Shown: piece after piece, positions 34,480-38,403 of the stretch
Position numbering within the stretch: position 1 is the first letter of the stretch
Layout: each line of letters opens with the position of its first letter
DNA from: Chiloscyllium plagiosum
Lineage: Eukaryota
Reading direction: 5' to 3'
Length of the DNA stretch: 38,403 nt
Assembly (NCBI RefSeq): GCF_004010195.1
Contig: NC_057719.1
Location: 40,546,201 to 40,584,603 of the forward strand
The notes under the pieces: generated by a model
What the model was told of the DNA's origin: nothing
The model's input: only the letters and a program-made list of their open reading frames with translations
The model's database searches: none
Program-made: the position numbers and the translations under genes

Positions 34480-37310
34480 ATCCCTGATACTTCAAAAACT
34501 ATATCTCTTTTAAATACCTTCAGTGATTCTACCCTCCAAACTCGACACTATCCTCTGGAAGAAGAAATTCCTTTGCATTCTTGGTATGTTTTGTAATTAT
34601 GTTTCCTAGTTCAAGTTCCCTTTCTAGTGGAAGCATTTTTTCATCATCTACCCTGTCAAACCCCCTAAGAATCTTGTATTTTCAATTGTTCATTCTTCTG
34701 AATTCTAAGGAATAAAGGTCCAACTATCCATACTTGATAAGTTAACTGTTTCATCCAGCAATCACACTAGTAAATCCCTTTTGAACAGCCTCCAATGCCA
34801 GTATCTCTTCCTTTTAAAATACAGGGATCAAAGACGGTATACTGTATACAACACTCCAAGTGCAATATCAAAACTCTGTATAGTTATAAGAAGACTGCCC
34901 CATGTTTAAGCTCCAACACCTCAGTAATAAAGGCCAAAATATTTGCCATCCTAATTACTTGCATCATTTGCAAGTTAACCTGTTGTGTTTCATATACAAG
35001 AATACTCAGATTCCCCTCTGTCATATTTTTTAAAAATCTATTTCCATTTAAATTACAGTTTGTCTTTTAATTCTTCCTACCAAAGTGGATGCCTGCAAAC
35101 TCTCCTATATTAAACTGTACCTGCCAGGTTTTCCCATTTGTTTAACTTGTCTATGTCCCCTTGCAGATTGTTTTGTCCTCATCACATGTTTCCCACCTCT
35201 TTTTGTATAATCAATAAATTTGGATAGATTACACTGTGTCCCTTCCTCCAAATCATTATATAAATCATTACATTAAATACCGAGGACTGGTCCTTGTGGC
35301 ACTCCACTAATTTTATCTTTCCAACCTGAAAGAGACCATTAATTCTGACTCTGCCTTCTGTATGTTAACCAATTCACAATCCATGCTAATATGTTATCTC
35401 CTATACCATGTGCTCCTATCTTGTACAGTAGCCTTTTATGTGACACCCTGTTGAAAATATTCTGGAAATCCAAATAACCACATCTATCTGTTCTCCCTTT
35501 ATTAATTCTGTTTGTTACCTCATCAAATAACTCAAGGCAAATTTGTCAAACATCACCAAAAAAGAAAAACAATGGCAGATGCTGGAAATCAGAAACAATA
35601 TTAGATTTGCTGGGAAAAAAAATAATTCTGAAGAAGGGTCACTAGACCAAAAGTAGAGGGTATCAGTTGGAGGTGGGAGGGAAAATAAAAGGAACCTGAG
35701 AGGAAGCTCTTTCATGTAGAGGGTGGTGCATGTATGGAATGGGCTGCCAGTGGAAGTGGTGGAGGTGGGTAAAATTATGGCATTTAAAAGTCTGAATGGG
35801 TGCATGAAATGGATGTAGGGATGTAGGCCAAATGCTGGCAAATGGAACTAAATCAACTTAGGATATCTGGCCAGCATGGACGAATCGGACCAAAAGATCT
35901 GTTTCCGTGCTGTATAACTCTATGATCTGAAATGTTGCCATTGCTTTCTCTCCATAGATGCTGCTGCACCTGTTGAATTTTTTCAGCAATTTCTGTTTTT
36001 GTTGTCAAACATTACTTCCTTTTCACAAAACCATGTTGACTATTTGATTGCATTTTCTGAATGTCCAGCTATTTTTTTCTTCATAAAGAATTCTTATAAT
36101 TTTTCCGATGACAGATCTTAGTCTAACAGGCCTATGATTTACAGCTTTCTGTCTCAATCTCTTTAGGGACAGGGGAGCCAAGTTAGCAATTCTCCAATCC
36201 CTGGAATCTCCCAGAATCCAATGAGTTCTGGTATATTTCAAACAGTGCCTGCACTATCTTTGCAGCCACTTACTTTAAAATCCTTGGATTCAGATCATGG
36301 AGATCTGTTTGCTTTCAGTTTGTCCAATACTCCATCCCTCATGATAGAGACTATTACAAGATCTCTCCTCCCATTAACATCATCAGTATCTTAGGATGTT
36401 CATTGTGTCCTCCATCGTGAGAACCAATGCAGAATATTTGTTTCGATTATCTGTCTTTCCCCATTATCAATTCCCACTTCCTTGGGCTTTGCTCACGACT
36501 CACAGCATTCTGAATGATGATGTCCCATTTCATTGCAATGGAAACACTTTGGCCCTTATTTATCATCTTGATTCTCAGTACTTGCCTTTCTGATCTGAGG
36601 AGGAGATCTTGAGGCATTCCCAGCGTCCTTACCCCTGGTTACTTGCTCTGCTTTCACCCTTCCATCCTTTCCTTCTCAGGTGATAGAAAAAAAGTTTAGT
36701 TTTATGTATCAGTTCCTAATTGTTAACCATTGCTGCTGCCTGTGTAGCAGTTGCAACCCTTTGATCTTCAGCATGGGTTCTGATTGCGACGGTAGTGAGT
36801 TTTTAAATTCTTCCAAAAAATTGATATTTATGAGAGCATCAAACATAGTTTCAACTCCTAAAGTCTGTATCCATATATCATAACTACTTTGCTTAATCCC
36901 TTCAAATTCCATGTAGGTTTGTCCAGACTGTTTCCTTAAATTTGCCTTTAAGCTTCAGGGATGAACTCATATGTCCAGTATAGCTTTTCTTTATGTTGTC
37001 ATAATCCCCAGTAACCACCTATGACAGTGGGGGATAAATTACCAGTGCTTTACTTGCCAACTTACTCTGCAAGAGCAATGTTCTGTTTCATTTATCATGC
37101 TATTTTTAAAAATGGCATAAAGAATGTCTCCGCATCCTTTTCCTCAAATTTTGGTGGGGCCTGAGCAAGCTTAAACATTCCTGAATGAGACTGGAAAGAC
37201 ATCCATCAGGCCTTTCTTTGGCTTATGAGGTCCCCTTTTTCAACTCTGGGTTATTTTACATTTGATTTTATTGTGTGAAAATCGTTAGTCAACATTTTCA
37301 AATTTATCAG
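34480..37310 (-). mobile_element. Long degenerate CR1 ORF2, interrupted at 35554-36001
   Basis: Minus strand carries gtggagtgccacaaggaccagtcctcgg (SGVPQG.VLG, ~35281-35308), atgtggttatttggatttccagaa (LDFQ, ~35461-35484) and DWRIANLAPL..K..RQK..NHRPV.L.SVIGK. The right boundary is uncertain. Confidence 0.8.
35554..36001. mobile_element. Palindromic PLE-derived repeat holding a CR1 3' end (~35652-35925, +)
   Basis: TSD ttgtcaaacat at 35543-35553 and 36002-36012; gcagatgctggaaatcagaaaca...ttctgaagaagggtcactagacc [CR1 tail] tgaaatgttg...tctccatagatgctgc...ttctgtttttg. Confidence 0.78.
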
Positions 37311-37761
37311 TCTGACAAGCCCAAGTTAAAAGAAGTTGAAGAAGAAATAATTGTTTATTACAAACTGATTGTCTTTAACTAATCATAAAAACTTTTTAAA
37401 AAATTTTTCTGTATTTTTAATTGTGAACTGAAATGAGAAAAGAGTTGTTTGCTGGAGGATTGGGACATGTTATGAAAGTAAGCCACCTGACAGCCATTGT
37501 AAGCATTGTTTACACAGTTGCTTGTTTAAGCAGTGGTTTCAGTGTGTTTGCAGAGGAGCTGCCTACGGATGAAGCTTTGGTGGGTATGAGTAGCTGGTTG
37601 TTATGACTAGCTGATTGCTTTATGAATTCATGACCAGGTAGTTCACAAAGGGCTTCAGCTTGTCAACAACTTTTTTTTCATATTAGTTCTTGATCCTTTA
37701 GAGGATAAGAGGGGGTATTTAATAATGGGATATGAGGAAATGGCCCAGGCATTGAACTGGT

Positions 37762-38403
37762 CATAGAGTCATAGAGATGTACAGCATGGAAACAGACCCT
37801 TCGGTCCAATCCGTCCATGCCGACCAGATATCCCAACCCAATCTAGTCCCACCTGCCAGCACCTGGCCCAGATCCCTCCCAACCCTTCCTATTCATATAG
37901 CCATCCAAATGCCTCTTAAATGTTGCAATTGTACCAGCCTCTACCACATCCTCTGGCAGCTCATTCCATACACATACCACCATCTGCGTGAAAAAGTTGC
38001 CCCTTAGTTCTCTTTTATATCTTTCCCCTCTCACCCTAAACTTATGCCCTCTAGTTCTGGACTCCCCGACCCCAGGGAAAAGACTTTGTCTATTTATCCT
38101 ATCCATGCCCCTCATAATTTTGTAAACCTCTATAAGGCCACCCCTCAGTCTCTGAAAACAGCCCTAGCCTGTTCAGCCTCTCCCTGTAGCTCAGATTCTC
38201 CAACCCTGACAACATCCTTGTAAATCTTTTCTGAACCCTTTCAAGTTTCACAACATCTTTCCGATAGGAAGGAGACCAGAATTGCACACAATATTCCAAC
38301 AGTGGCCTAACCAATGTCCTGTACAGCCGCAACATGAGCTCCCAACTCCTGGACTCAATACTCTGACCAATAAAGGAAAGCATACCAAACGCCTTCTTCA
38401 CTA
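37762..38403 (-). mobile_element. Young CR1 3' end; runs off the right window edge
   Basis: LYRTLVRPLLEYCVQFWSP..RKDVVKLERVQKRFTRM and LFPGVGESRTRGH...FFTQ.VV.VWNELP; terminal catagagtcatagag repeat. Confidence 0.95.

Overview
AT-rich vertebrate genomic DNA, most likely a shark (inferred from HE1-type V-SINEs, a SacSINE1-like DeuSINE and the CR1 families). The only host gene I can support is the 3' half of ASPG (60 kDa lysophospholipase/asparaginase) on the + strand: six GT-AG exons between 5861 and 16829 that splice in frame and encode the linker and ankyrin-repeat region. The terminal exon is not resolved. The rest is intron or intergenic DNA full of nested retroelements: many CR1 fragments (one with an inverted 5' half), tRNA-derived SINEs, a decayed Ty1/copia LTR element of GalEa type with an 18-nt tRNA-iMet primer-binding site, and many Penelope-like (PLE) pLTR-derived repeats carrying minimal hammerhead-ribozyme cores. 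The most striking structure is at 29468-32373. There, a 2.9 kb insertion splits one CR1 copy and is bounded by a perfect 13-bp target-site duplication. It holds three near-identical hammerhead-bearing pLTRs around ~2.2 kb of apparently captured genomic DNA, so it resembles a PLE transduction or retrozyme-like unit. Family names come from motif recognition by eye, not database searches. Most short ORFs in the track are noise or TE-derived.
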